Shown here one piece after another: positions 10,993 through 21,491 of a stretch of 64,000 bases of DNA. The stretch comes from Candidatus Magasanikiibacteriota bacterium. Lineage in GTDB: Bacteria > Patescibacteriota > Patescibacteriia > Magasanikbacterales > UBA922. The notes beneath the pieces are model-generated. The model was not told the DNA's origin. It worked only from the letters and a program-made list of their open reading frames with translations, and did no database searches. The stretch covers positions 7,976-71,975 of the forward strand of contig JABIFP010000025.1 of assembly GCA_018650645.1 (NCBI GenBank). The letters are read 5' to 3'. Positions within the stretch are counted from its first letter, which is position 1, and the number at the start of each line of letters is the position of its first letter. The position numbers and the translations under genes are program-made.

Positions 10993-12243
10993 ATGAAAAA
11001 GACTCGTATTGTTATTGTAGGTGGAGGGTTTGGCGGTATTAATACGCTTAAAGAACTTCACAAAACGTATCACGGTGATACAAATGTGGAAATTTCTTTG
11101 GTAAATAACACCAACTATTTTTTGTTTACCCCCCTACTGCATGAAGTTGCCACAGGAGGAATCAACCCAGGAAATATTGTAGAGCCAATTAGAAAAGTAC
11201 TCGGGTGCTGCCTAAAACAGTTCGTTGTAGGAGAAGTAACTCGCATTGATACTGAAAAACAAGAAGTACACACGACCCATCGTTCGCTTCCGTATGATAT
11301 TTTGGTACTTGCTCTTGGGTCTAAAACGGTTTTTTATGGCTGCCCCGGAGCAGAGGAACATTGCTATACATTAAAATCTCTTGATGATGCACTTGCACTG
11401 AAAAGACGATTTATTTCTCAGGTAGAATGTGCAATTCATGAAAAAGACGAAGCTAAACGTAAAGCAATGCTCCATTTTTGTATTATTGGAGGCGGACCAA
11501 CAGGCGTAGAACTTGCAGCGGAAGCACAAGAACTTTTCTTCAAGACGCTTACTAGCTATTATCCGTATCACAAGGATATTATTTCTGAAATTCGCATCAG
11601 TTTAATTCAAAAAGGCAGCGCGTTACTCCCGGTGTTGTCTGAAAAAATTCAACAAAAGGCATTTTCCGTACTTACAAAAAAAGGTATTGATGTAAAACTG
11701 AGTACTGGTGTTGTGGGCGTCACAAAAGATTCAGTCGAGTTAGACTCAGGTGAAAAACTCCTCACGCAAACACCCATTTGGGTAGCTGGTGTTGGCCCAC
11801 AAACAGTAGCCTGGGACAAAGAACCCGAACTCTCTACCCGAGGAAAGATACTGGTACACCCAACACTGCAAACCAAATCGCATAAAAATATTTTTGTGAT
11901 TGGAGACATGGCCCATTGCAGTATTACGCAAGATGGCACTCCCCTGCCGGCGCTTGCCCAAGTTGCGCATAAAGAAGGAATAGCCGCAGCAAAAAATATT
12001 CATAGAATCCTGAGCGGCAAAAAAACAGAGCCAATTCGATACGTTCATTCCGGAAATTTGGTCTCCCTTGGGAGCTGGATGGCTGCCGGAGAGATCAAGG
12101 GCAGAAGTTTTTCTGGCCACCTCACTTGGTGGTTCTGGAGAACAGTATATTTGACCAAGTTGATTTCTTGGCAGAAAAAAGTTAAAGTAGCTATTGATTG
12201 GACAGTAAACCTCCTATCCCCTAGAGATATTAGTCATTTTTAA
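10993..12243 (+). CDS. ndh: Type II NADH dehydrogenase (NDH-2 family)
   Basis: GGGFGG, FTPLLHEVATG, GGGPTGVELA, IFVIGD, AQVA. Confidence 0.88.
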   Translation: MKKTRIVIVGGGFGGINTLKELHKTYHGDTNVEISLVNNTNYFLFTPLLHEVATGGINPGNIVEPIRKVLGCCLKQFVVGEVTRIDTEKQEVHTTHRSLPYDILVLALGSKTVFYGCPGAEEHCYTLKSLDDALALKRRFISQVECAIHEKDEAKRKAMLHFCIIGGGPTGVELAAEAQELFFKTLTSYYPYHKDIISEIRISLIQKGSALLPVLSEKIQQKAFSVLTKKGIDVKLSTGVVGVTKDSVELDSGEKLLTQTPIWVAGVGPQTVAWDKEPELSTRGKILVHPTLQTKSHKNIFVIGDMAHCSITQDGTPLPALAQVAHKEGIAAAKNIHRILSGKKTEPIRYVHSGNLVSLGSWMAAGEIKGRSFSGHLTWWFWRTVYLTKLISWQKKVKVAIDWTVNLLSPRDISHF

Positions 12244-12253
12244 TTGCCTTTAT

Positions 12254-13039
12254 ATGAAAGCAAGACAAACACTCCTGTCACTAAGCCTCCCCTTCCTCGC
12301 AGCAGCGCTTCTGCTGAGCGGTTGTGGGAATAAAACAGCCGATACACCAGAACCTACCCCAGCAGCAGATGCTGAGCAAGCAATGGAAGCAGCGCCAGAA
12401 GATCAAGCACCACTCACATTTACACACGCAATTGTCCTCAATGAAAGCTCTCTTACATGGGCTGGTGAAAAAATTGTAGGTGGTGCACATAATGGAACAG
12501 TAGAGTTTTTGAGCGGAGGACTGTATCTTGAAGACGGCAACATTGTTGGTGGTGAGTTTGAAGTAGACATGAATACGATTACGGATCTTGACCTTACTAA
12601 AGAAGGATCAAAACTTTCTTTAGAAAATCATCTCAAAGGAACAGATTTCTTTGATGTAGAAAATTTCCCAACAGCAAAAGTTGTGATTACTTCTGCTGAA
12701 CCAACGGGAGAAGCCCCTCCAGCAGCAACTCACAATATTGTTGCAGACCTCACAATTAAGGGTGTTACTAACGAAATTACTTTCCCAGCGAACATTACAT
12801 TTGATGATGAACAAGGAGTCATTGAGTATAGCGCTGAAGCTGATATGGTACTCGACAGAACAAAATGGAACCTTACCTATGGTTCAGGAAGCTTCTTTAA
12901 AGAACTTGGCGATGGCGCGATTAGAGATGAGATGAAACTCGGATTTGATCTGCTTGTAAGACAAGGTGCTTGGCCTGATGCAAAAGCAGGCGAAGAAGCT
13001 AACGCAGATGCTGAAGAAGATGCAGAAATGAAAGGATAA
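12254..13039 (+). CDS. YceI-family polyisoprenoid-binding lipoprotein
   Basis: Lipobox LLSGC; HLKGTDFFDVENFP, DLTIKGVT, DRTKW. Confidence 0.88.
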   Translation: MKARQTLLSLSLPFLAAALLLSGCGNKTADTPEPTPAADAEQAMEAAPEDQAPLTFTHAIVLNESSLTWAGEKIVGGAHNGTVEFLSGGLYLEDGNIVGGEFEVDMNTITDLDLTKEGSKLSLENHLKGTDFFDVENFPTAKVVITSAEPTGEAPPAATHNIVADLTIKGVTNEITFPANITFDDEQGVIEYSAEADMVLDRTKWNLTYGSGSFFKELGDGAIRDEMKLGFDLLVRQGAWPDAKAGEEANADAEEDAEMKG

Positions 13040-13153
13040 TACGTTATCCATTAAAAAGAACGCCAATACGGCGTTCTTTTTTTCATGATGCAAATGTACA
13101 ATAATACACTTGCATCATGGACCGTTCAACTCCTTTTTCCCCATGATGAACGG

Positions 13154-13549
13154 TCAGGCAACGCGCTTTACTTGCGCGCGGACAATTGTTGTACCTTCTG
13201 ATGCCTGCAGCAGATCCGTTCCGCTCGGCGCAATGAAGTACACTGCACCATTGTCGAATTGAATCTTCACAGCAGCCACCCCCCGATCAAGAAGCACCGG
13301 CCCGTGTGCAGGATTGTCTTCCTTTCTGTGAGCCTCCCAACTCACGGTGAGACAATGTACCCCCGCATCCGCCCTGAAATTAGGCATCGTGCCAAGCAGG
13401 TGATCGGGTCCCGACACGCAGACAGCGTTGAATGCCCTTGGACTGTCAGTCAACATCAGAATCCGCGCACTGACAGCAAGGTAAATTCCAGAGAACCCAC
13501 TTGCCGTAAACATGCGTCCGCTGCTGCGAATGAGCTCTGCATACGTCAT
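13154..13549 (-). CDS. GC-rich cassette ORF 1, hypothetical
   Basis: TTGACG at 13598-13593, SD AAGGAG before ATG 13549, three hairpins downstream. Confidence 0.6.
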   Translation of the reverse strand: MTYAELIRSSGRMFTASGFSGIYLAVSARILMLTDSPRAFNAVCVSGPDHLLGTMPNFRADAGVHCLTVSWEAHRKEDNPAHGPVLLDRGVAAVKIQFDNGAVYFIAPSGTDLLQASEGTTIVRAQVKRVA

Positions 13550-13677
13550 TGTGTTCTCCTTTCCCATGCATATAAGCATATATATGCCCCTACGTCAATC
13601 TGCTGAACACCAAAACTATTCACAATTGTTCAATAAAATGGTCAAGTGGTATACTCATTCCACTTAATCAATTTCTT

Positions 13678-14538
13678 ATGCCAAGACCCGAAACGCTCCA
13701 GTCGCTTATCTATGTAGATGGCAGCGATCTATCAGAAACAGCACAGATGATGGATGCCCTTGGATTTGTTGATGGTCAAACAACCAACCCAAGTAATTTT
13801 GTAAAAGCGCTGAAAAAAGAGCTTGGAACAGAAGATATTACCTTTTCTAAGGAAGAACTACTGGCTACATACAAAACTCGCGTAGAAGAAATTTCAAAGG
13901 CGCTGCCAAACGGCTCAGTATCTGTTGAAGTGTATGCAGATAAAGATACAACGGCGGCAGACATGATTACCCAAGGAACAGAAATGTATAGTTGGATTCC
14001 AAACGCACATATTAAGCTCCCCATTACCGCAGCAGGATTGGAAGCGGCAGAACATTTTGTGGCAAACGGCATGCGTGTAAATATGACACTTTGCTTTACC
14101 CAAGAACAAGCTGCAGCCGTATTTGCAGCAACAAAAGGCGCAAAACGCGGTGACGTCTATATTTCTCCTTTTATTGGCAGAGTAAATGATAAAGGGCTGA
14201 ATGGTATGGATATTGTAAGTAACATTGTCCGCATGTATAAACAGGCCGATGATCATGTCATGATTTTAGCAGCGAGTATTAGAGACGCTAACCAGCTGGC
14301 AGAGGCAATAGCAGTAGGATCTGACATTACAACAAGCTATCTGAAAGCAATATTAGAATGGAATGAGCAAGGCATGCCCGTAAATGACCCATCTACCTAT
14401 TCACATCCTGATTTAGCGCCTATTGCGTATAAAGAAATCGATCTATCTGAAGACTGGCGAAGTTATGACATCTCTCACCCAATGACGGATGATGGATTAG
14501 TGCGATTTGCGCAGGACTGGAACGCGCTCATAGCATAA
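13678..14538 (+). CDS. tal: Transaldolase family protein
   Basis: GQTTNPS, IKLP Schiff-base Lys, VNMTLCF, YISPFIGR, LAASIR. Confidence 0.9.
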   Translation: MPRPETLQSLIYVDGSDLSETAQMMDALGFVDGQTTNPSNFVKALKKELGTEDITFSKEELLATYKTRVEEISKALPNGSVSVEVYADKDTTAADMITQGTEMYSWIPNAHIKLPITAAGLEAAEHFVANGMRVNMTLCFTQEQAAAVFAATKGAKRGDVYISPFIGRVNDKGLNGMDIVSNIVRMYKQADDHVMILAASIRDANQLAEAIAVGSDITTSYLKAILEWNEQGMPVNDPSTYSHPDLAPIAYKEIDLSEDWRSYDISHPMTDDGLVRFAQDWNALIA

Positions 14539-14593
14539 AGGGATACTTCTCTGCAGCTGGCACACGCAAGCTGCATAATAATTTTCTCTTTAT

Positions 14594-15286
14594 ATGAAAA
14601 CCTGGATTGTTTATATTTTTGCGTTTATTGGAGCCGCTCTTATTCTTACATCAATTGGAAATGCGATAAGTATTCAGCTGTTTAATCAAGATGCCGTTCC
14701 CGCGACAGGAGAAGTCGTGGAACTTCTTGAAACAGAAGGCGAAGAATACTACCTGTACGCGCCGGTAATTGAATACACGACCGCTGAAGGAGAACTAATC
14801 ACCTATTCACATAGCAGCTACACATATCCATCAAGCTATGCCATTGGAGAAACGGTACCAATGCTCTATAAAGCCAGTAAGCCGAGTAAAGCTCGTATAG
14901 ATAGTCCGACTGAAGAATGGTTTCTGGTTGGATTCATGTTTTTTATGGGCCTCCTCTTTGCCGTATTTGGATTTGCACTTCCAGTGTATAAACGATACAG
15001 AAAACGAGTTGGACAAAAGCTTAAAGAGACAGGAACTTCTGTGCAAGCAAAAATTATTGGCCTAGAAAAAAATCGAGCCATTGTTATTCAAGGCAAAAGT
15101 CCATTCCGTATTTTGGCGCAATACCACAACACACAAACAAATACTGTTTATGATTATACGAGCGACAACATTTGGTGGGACCCTACCGAATTTGTAAAAG
15201 AAGGAGCGCTTGTAACTGTATATGTAGACAGAAATAATCCAAAAAAACATTCTATGGATCTATCATTTTTACCTAAGCATAGCTAA
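14594..15286 (+). CDS. DUF3592-like membrane protein
   Basis: TM, G.VV..Y.PVIEY...GE.V...Y, second TM, duplicated beta region. Confidence 0.7.
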   Translation: MKTWIVYIFAFIGAALILTSIGNAISIQLFNQDAVPATGEVVELLETEGEEYYLYAPVIEYTTAEGELITYSHSSYTYPSSYAIGETVPMLYKASKPSKARIDSPTEEWFLVGFMFFMGLLFAVFGFALPVYKRYRKRVGQKLKETGTSVQAKIIGLEKNRAIVIQGKSPFRILAQYHNTQTNTVYDYTSDNIWWDPTEFVKEGALVTVYVDRNNPKKHSMDLSFLPKHS

Positions 15287-15303
15287 TAATTAATAGCACT
15301 CGT

Positions 15304-15558
15304 ATGAAAAAAGTTACTATCTACACTAAACAATCATGTCCGTACTGTGTCCATGCTAAAGAATTGCTTCAAAGCATTGGCGCTGAGTATGAAGAAATTG
15401 ATGTGCTGCAGCACCCAGAGAAGCGAGCTGAGGCGGCAGAAAAATATAACTGGATGAGCGTACCCATGATTCTTATTGGTGAAGAATTTATTGGTGGCTA
15501 CGATGACATGGCAGCACTTCACCAAAAAGGCGAACTTATGCCAAAACTTGCTGACTAA
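15304..15558 (+). CDS. grxC: Glutaredoxin
   Basis: CPYC, SVP, IGGYDD. Confidence 0.9.
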   Translation: MKKVTIYTKQSCPYCVHAKELLQSIGAEYEEIDVLQHPEKRAEAAEKYNWMSVPMILIGEEFIGGYDDMAALHQKGELMPKLAD

Positions 15559-15566
15559 TTTTGTAT

Positions 15567-16868
15567 ATGATTACCCTATTAACCAAACAATTACACAAAG
15601 TGCAAGCAGCTCACGGTCTTTCTAAAAAGGAACTTGCTGTATCAAAAAAAATATTGCAAAAACATATTGCAGGAGCACTTGCGCGTGACCAACACTTTCA
15701 TAACATTGTAGATGATACTGAAACGGTTCGTATTATTGAGCAGTATGCAGCAAGTGTGAAAGGAAGTTATGACCATGTTGTCCTTTGCGGCATTGGTGGA
15801 TCTGCACTTGGTCCGATTTGTCTGAAAGAAGCGCTCACTCACCTGTACGCTGCTGAGCAAAAAGAGAGAAATCACCCAATACTTCATGTTATTGATAATG
15901 TAGACCCTGCAATGATCGCAGAGGTTGAAAGCATTCTGAATTTCAAGCGAACACTGTTCCTCTTTATTTCAAAATCTGGAAATACTGCAGAAGTACTCAG
16001 CATGTATTTATATTTCAAAGCACGCTGTATTAAAGAAGGAGTTCCCTTTTCTGATCATGCACTCATGGTTACGCATGCAGGAAAAGGAAAACTCTATGAA
16101 CTTGGAACAAAAGACGAGCTACCTATTATTGAACATGGGCCAGTTGGAGGTCGATTTGCGGTGCTCAGCTCTGTTGGACTACTACCAGCTGCGCTCCTTG
16201 GCATAAATATCAAAAAACTTCTCAAGGGAGCAAAGCAAATGCGAGACAAATTCCTCTCAATAGATCCAAAACAAAATCTCCCCTTCCAAATGGCCAACAT
16301 GCAGTATTTGCTCACAAAAAAAGGCAAACATATTCATGTCATGATGCCGTATTCTCAAAAACTTTTCCGATTTGCAGACTGGTACAGACAACTTCTTGCT
16401 GAAAGTATTGGAAAAGAAGTAAATGATAAGGGAAAAAAAGTGAATATTGGAATTACCCCCGTCAAAGCGCTTGGAACAACCGATCAACACTCACAATCAC
16501 AACTCTATAATGAAGGACCGAACAATAAATTCATCATGCTTGTGCATGCAAAGTCACTCCATAAGACTATCCGAATTCCTTCATTATATAAAGGTGACAA
16601 ATCGCTTGCCTACTTGCAAGGAGCAACCTTTAATCAGCTTATTGATGCAGAAAGAGAAGGTACAGCTGATTCGTATACGGCTTATAACAAACCAAACATA
16701 ACTATTCAAATAGATAAAGTAGATGAGGTGCATCTTGGTGGACTGTTCATGCTATTTGAAGGAGCTACCGCATTCCTTGGGGAGCTCTTTGGCATCAATG
16801 CCTATAACCAACCAGGGGTTGAACTTGCAAAAAAACGCACAGTAACGTATTTAAAGAAAAAGAGATAA
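15567..16868 (+). CDS. pgi: Glucose-6-phosphate isomerase
   Basis: GIGGSALG, SKSGNTAE, VGGRF, QLLAESIGK, NQPGVELAK. Confidence 0.95.
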   Translation: MITLLTKQLHKVQAAHGLSKKELAVSKKILQKHIAGALARDQHFHNIVDDTETVRIIEQYAASVKGSYDHVVLCGIGGSALGPICLKEALTHLYAAEQKERNHPILHVIDNVDPAMIAEVESILNFKRTLFLFISKSGNTAEVLSMYLYFKARCIKEGVPFSDHALMVTHAGKGKLYELGTKDELPIIEHGPVGGRFAVLSSVGLLPAALLGINIKKLLKGAKQMRDKFLSIDPKQNLPFQMANMQYLLTKKGKHIHVMMPYSQKLFRFADWYRQLLAESIGKEVNDKGKKVNIGITPVKALGTTDQHSQSQLYNEGPNNKFIMLVHAKSLHKTIRIPSLYKGDKSLAYLQGATFNQLIDAEREGTADSYTAYNKPNITIQIDKVDEVHLGGLFMLFEGATAFLGELFGINAYNQPGVELAKKRTVTYLKKKR

Positions 16869-16872
16869 GCAT

Positions 16873-18285
16873 ATGCAGCAATCACTATCGCAGTTTGGAA
16901 TGATTGGCCTTGGTGTCATGGGAGCAGCGCTCGCAAAAAATGTAGAGAGCCGCGGGTATCAGGTCAGTGTCTATAACAGAAGCAAAGATAAGCGAGATGC
17001 CTTCATGAAAACTTATGGTGATGGTAATTTTGTATGCACAGAATCGATTGAAAAATTTACAGCTTCACTTGAACGACCCAGAAAATTCATGCTGCTAGTG
17101 CAAGCTGGAAAAGCTGTTGATGCCGTCATTGAATCACTTCTCCCCCATCTAGAAGAAGGAGACATTATTATTGATGGAGGAAATTCTTTTTACAAAGATA
17201 CACAGCGAAGAGAACTCGCTTTAAAAGAAAAAGGTATTCATTTTGTAGGCTGCGGTGTAAGTGGCGGAGAAGAAGGAGCGCTAAAAGGGCCAAGTATCAT
17301 GCCTGGCGGATCGGCTGAATCATGGAAACAAATTCAACCAATTTTAGAAGCAATTGCTGCAAAAGATTTTTCTGGAGGCCCCTGTGTTACCCATGTAGGT
17401 GAAAACGGTGCAGGACATTACGTAAAAATGGTGCACAACGGTATTGAATACGGCATCATGCAACTCATTGCTGAATCCTACGACATTTTGCGAACAGGAT
17501 ACGGCATGCAAGCGTCAGAAATTGCCGATGTGTTTGCTGGATTCACCAAAGGAAAACTCAGTTCATACTTATTTGATATCGCAGTACCAGTACTACGAAA
17601 ACAAGATGACCAAGACGGTAAAACCGGAGCACTTATTGATGCAATTTTAGATCAAGCAAGCAATAAAGGAACCGGTAAATGGACATCCGTTGATGCACTG
17701 GACCGCGGGCAAGCAATTCCTACCATTACGGCAGCTGTGTACGCAAGATACACCTCCACAAATAAAGATGTGCGGACAGCCCTCTCTTCAGTATATCCAA
17801 AATCAGAATATTCACCAGCACTTGATCAAAGCGACATGATAGCAGCGCTTGAAGATGCGCTTTATGCTGGAGTACTCAGCTGTTTTGCGCAAGGATATGA
17901 TCTTATTGTGCAAGTAGCAGAAGCAGAAAAGTGGGATATCGATCTTGCTGAGGTTTCTAGAATATGGGAAGGCGGTTGTATCATTAGAGCAACACTGCTT
18001 TCTGAATTCCAAGAAGGATTCAAGGAATCTTCAGCACACCTGCTGAGTCACTCACACATTGTTGAAAAAATCACTACATCTGTACCACACCTGCGAGCGC
18101 TTATTGCACAAACTGTGCAGCTTGGTATTGCCCTTCCAGCATTTTATAGTGCCCTTGGGTATATCGATGCAATGACGACAGCAAACAGTAGTGCAAACAT
18201 GATTCAAGGACTCCGAGATTATTTTGGAGCACATACATACAAACGCAATGATATGGAGGGAACCTTCCATTCTCATTGGGATTAA
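16873..18285 (+). CDS. gnd: 6-phosphogluconate dehydrogenase, NADP-dependent
   Basis: GLGVMG, GVSGGEEGA, VKMVHNGIEY, RDYFGAHTY. Confidence 0.96.
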   Translation: MQQSLSQFGMIGLGVMGAALAKNVESRGYQVSVYNRSKDKRDAFMKTYGDGNFVCTESIEKFTASLERPRKFMLLVQAGKAVDAVIESLLPHLEEGDIIIDGGNSFYKDTQRRELALKEKGIHFVGCGVSGGEEGALKGPSIMPGGSAESWKQIQPILEAIAAKDFSGGPCVTHVGENGAGHYVKMVHNGIEYGIMQLIAESYDILRTGYGMQASEIADVFAGFTKGKLSSYLFDIAVPVLRKQDDQDGKTGALIDAILDQASNKGTGKWTSVDALDRGQAIPTITAAVYARYTSTNKDVRTALSSVYPKSEYSPALDQSDMIAALEDALYAGVLSCFAQGYDLIVQVAEAEKWDIDLAEVSRIWEGGCIIRATLLSEFQEGFKESSAHLLSHSHIVEKITTSVPHLRALIAQTVQLGIALPAFYSALGYIDAMTTANSSANMIQGLRDYFGAHTYKRNDMEGTFHSHWD

Positions 18286-18295
18286 TCATATACCT

Positions 18296-19747
18296 ATGGT
18301 AGAAACCATTGAGACCTCATTCATCATTTCCATTTTCGGCGCATCTGGAGATTTGGCAAAGATAAAAATCTTTCCGTCACTTTATGCTCTCGCAAAACAA
18401 AACAGACTGCCCAAAGATTACTTAATGGTTGGTTTTGCGCGTACACAGATGTCGCATGATGAATTCAAAAAAACCGTGCGGCAAGCGGTAAAAAAATATT
18501 CTAAATTGTCAGTCGATGAAACCATTCTTAATAAAATGCTAAAGCATGTATTTTATTTTTCAGGACAATATAGTTCTTTAGAAGATTTTGTATCGTATCG
18601 TCAATTCTTAAAAGATACATTTACTTCTCACTGCGGAGCGCCACTGCGATTACAAAAAATACCGCATATCGCTTATTTTTCCATTCCTCCTGTTGTGTTT
18701 AAGGATGTGGTAAAAAATCTTGGTGAATCAAGAACAAATAAGCATGAAGACCTGCGTTTGGTAATAGAAAAACCATTTGGTGATTGTGAAAAAAGTGCAA
18801 AAGCACTCTTTCACTTTATTTCTCAGCATTTTCACGAAGACCAATTCTACCTCCTGGATCATTATCTTGGAAAAGCTTCCGTCCAAAGTATCTTAAACAT
18901 GCGACAGAGTAATCGTGTACTGAATAATATTATTAGAGGCTCTGAAATAGCAAATATTCAGATTACCGCAGCTGAATCGGTTGGTGTTGGTCACCGAATT
19001 GGGTATTTTGAACAAGTTGGTATTGTAAAAGACATTATCCAATCACATTTATTGCAGGTACTAGCACTGGTAACTATGAATATTCCAAATCATAGAAATG
19101 CAGCGAGTTTGCAAAGAGAAAAAGGAAATATTTTGGAGGCTATTGACTGCCCATGTGATGCCCCAAATGTTGTGTTAGGCCAATACGAGTCTTATAAAAA
19201 GGCCAAAGGTGTGGCACCAAAGAGTAGAACAGAAACGTATGCTGCCGTTCGCCTGTTTCTTGACTCACAGCAATGGTATAACGTGCCTATATATTTGCGC
19301 ACAGGAAAACGCCTGAGTAAAAAACATACGTACGCAGTAATTGAACTTAAAAAATTCCCTTTTCAAGGAAAAGATGAAGCGCCAAATAGAATAGTTATTG
19401 AATTTCACCCAGAACCGCGCATTGGGATTTCACTGATTAATTTTCAGGAAGGTGCGCAGCGCTATCAAACGGTAAGCACCTCAGCATCAATCGCCTGTAA
19501 TATTGAAGGATGTCTTCCTGAACACGGAGAACTCCTCCTTGATGTACTCAAAAAGGAACGTATGCACTTCCTTAGCTTTAACGAGATACTCGCGTCATGG
19601 AAAATTGTAGATCGGATTACGCAAAACATGAAGGAAAAGAAAATTAAGCTCAATATCTATAAAGATGGAAGCCGCGGACCTGAATCGCAACATTCTCTAC
19701 CTAAAAAAGATGGATACACCTGGTTTGATCCAAATGAAATTAGATAA
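18296..19747 (+). CDS. zwf: Glucose-6-phosphate 1-dehydrogenase
   Basis: GASGDLA, IEKPFG, DHYLGK, QSHLLQ, LRTGK; ATG 18296. Confidence 0.93.
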   Translation: MVETIETSFIISIFGASGDLAKIKIFPSLYALAKQNRLPKDYLMVGFARTQMSHDEFKKTVRQAVKKYSKLSVDETILNKMLKHVFYFSGQYSSLEDFVSYRQFLKDTFTSHCGAPLRLQKIPHIAYFSIPPVVFKDVVKNLGESRTNKHEDLRLVIEKPFGDCEKSAKALFHFISQHFHEDQFYLLDHYLGKASVQSILNMRQSNRVLNNIIRGSEIANIQITAAESVGVGHRIGYFEQVGIVKDIIQSHLLQVLALVTMNIPNHRNAASLQREKGNILEAIDCPCDAPNVVLGQYESYKKAKGVAPKSRTETYAAVRLFLDSQQWYNVPIYLRTGKRLSKKHTYAVIELKKFPFQGKDEAPNRIVIEFHPEPRIGISLINFQEGAQRYQTVSTSASIACNIEGCLPEHGELLLDVLKKERMHFLSFNEILASWKIVDRITQNMKEKKIKLNIYKDGSRGPESQHSLPKKDGYTWFDPNEIR

Positions 19748-19748
19748 T

Positions 19749-20423
19749 ATGACACACGTGCAGCAATTTGAATCAATGGATGAGCTAGTTTCTGCCCTCT
19801 TACCCGCGTTTAAAGCTGATAAGGAACTTCATATAGGTCTTTCGGGTGGAAACTCCCCTGTGGCACTCTACAAAGCTATCGCACAATTTCAGACATCACA
19901 TCAATCACAATTTTTTTATCAGGTTGATGAGAGATACGTACCAGCAGAGAGTGATGAATCAAATCAACGAATGATCCGGGAAACACTTATTGACCCAATC
20001 CGCCATAATTTAGGTGGATTCTTCTCTATAGACACATCCCTTCCGATTAATGAAGCAGTATACAAATATTCACAGGCCATTGAAACGATTCCTAATCAAT
20101 CATTTGATATTATTGTGCTAGGGCTTGGAACTGATGGTCACACAGCATCACTTTTTAGAGGCGATACAACACTTGGTGACTCTAATGCGTTGGTTCGCCA
20201 TACCATTAACCCTACGGCGCCAAACCCTCCAGTAAAAGATCGAATCACCTTAAGCTTGCATACTATTATGCGTGCAAAAAAAATAGTGCTACTGGTCACT
20301 AGTGCAGCTAAATGGCAACTAGTTGAATCCATGTTAAACGACCAGCCCAATACCACCACCCTACCAATCCACGCACTCCTTCCTCATCCAAATCTAGAGA
20401 TTATGTATGCCAAAACCGTATAG
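19749..20423 (+). CDS. pgl: 6-phosphogluconolactonase
   Basis: LSGGNSP, DERYVP, LGLGTDGHTASLF, RITLS. Confidence 0.9.
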   Translation: MTHVQQFESMDELVSALLPAFKADKELHIGLSGGNSPVALYKAIAQFQTSHQSQFFYQVDERYVPAESDESNQRMIRETLIDPIRHNLGGFFSIDTSLPINEAVYKYSQAIETIPNQSFDIIVLGLGTDGHTASLFRGDTTLGDSNALVRHTINPTAPNPPVKDRITLSLHTIMRAKKIVLLVTSAAKWQLVESMLNDQPNTTTLPIHALLPHPNLEIMYAKTV

Positions 20424-21057
20424 TTCAACAGACACACCCAGCCACAAAAGGCTCATAATTTTAGATTTTGATCATACTGTTTTTAATACCACCGCGTTTG
20501 TTGCCGCACAGCAGCAGCAATTAGAAAAAAAATTTAATATTGATAAAGAAACATTCACATCTGTAAGAAAATCCGTGAAAGACTGCTGCACCGTAATTGA
20601 TATCGATACGTTTGTGGCCTCACTACCACATGAAGATAAATCCGGACTCCATGCCGCAATTCATGAAACTGCTAAGCGTGCAGCCGAGTGGATTTTTTCT
20701 GATGTAGAAGCGTTTTTGTCAGCACACGCATCGCATTTTGACATACTTATTCAGACTCATGGCGATAAAGAACTCCAGACTGAAAAAATAATGCATGCAA
20801 ACCTGCCTGATGATATCCGTTTTCTCATTTCTACTAAACCAAAGGAAAAAGTCATTGCGGATTTTGTTCATCAATATGAACACATCTATATAATAGAGGA
20901 TAAACAAACTAATATTGATGCCATAAAGCAGACATTTCCAGAAGTGACCGCCTATTTCATTGCAAGAAAGGAAGACCATCCATATAAAGATGATTGCCCC
21001 GTCTGCAAAGGAGAAGATCATGCAATTGAATCACTGAACTTCACCATTCCACAATAA
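20407..21057 (+). CDS. HAD-like hydrolase
   Basis: ILDFDHTVFNT motif I; IEDK. Confidence 0.65.
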   Translation: MPKPYSSTDTPSHKRLIILDFDHTVFNTTAFVAAQQQQLEKKFNIDKETFTSVRKSVKDCCTVIDIDTFVASLPHEDKSGLHAAIHETAKRAAEWIFSDVEAFLSAHASHFDILIQTHGDKELQTEKIMHANLPDDIRFLISTKPKEKVIADFVHQYEHIYIIEDKQTNIDAIKQTFPEVTAYFIARKEDHPYKDDCPVCKGEDHAIESLNFTIPQ

Positions 21058-21060
21058 AAC

Positions 21061-21090
21061 AAAAAAATCGACTGCATAAGTCGATTTTTT
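21061..21090. terminator. Bidirectional terminator
   Basis: aaaaaaatcgact-gcata-agtcgattttt. Confidence 0.8.
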
Positions 21091-21490
21091 ATAGTGATGA
21101 AACGATTTGCCAGTTTGTAATGCTCACACCACTGCTTACATCCGCAGTAATTTGTAACCGCCTATATGTACTGTTTACATTTCCTTCCACATTAAGCTGC
21201 CTACTATTGCCACCAAGATCCGTCACAACCACTGAGCACGTTCCTCCGTTTAATGAAACATTTTCTGTCCCAGTATAGCCAGTATCGAGTCTGAGTTGCT
21301 CCATTCCCTCTTCCGCACACGCATCAGCAAGAGCAATAAGTGTTCCTTCATCATTCCAAGCCCCCGTCATGCGGGAAGCATCAATACTGAGTAGCGCAAG
21401 CGAAACCGTTACAGCAACACCAACACCCGCAAGAGCAAATACTGCCAGCAGTGTCATGTATCCTTTTTTATTTAACGCTTTAACACGCAT
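21089..21490 (-). CDS. PilX/GspK-like minor pilin
   Basis: KKG|YMTLLAV, ADACAEEG; last gene of pilus cluster. Confidence 0.7.
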   Translation of the reverse strand: MRVKALNKKGYMTLLAVFALAGVGVAVTVSLALLSIDASRMTGAWNDEGTLIALADACAEEGMEQLRLDTGYTGTENVSLNGGTCSVVVTDLGGNSRQLNVEGNVNSTYRRLQITADVSSGVSITNWQIVSSL

Positions 21491-21491
21491 A

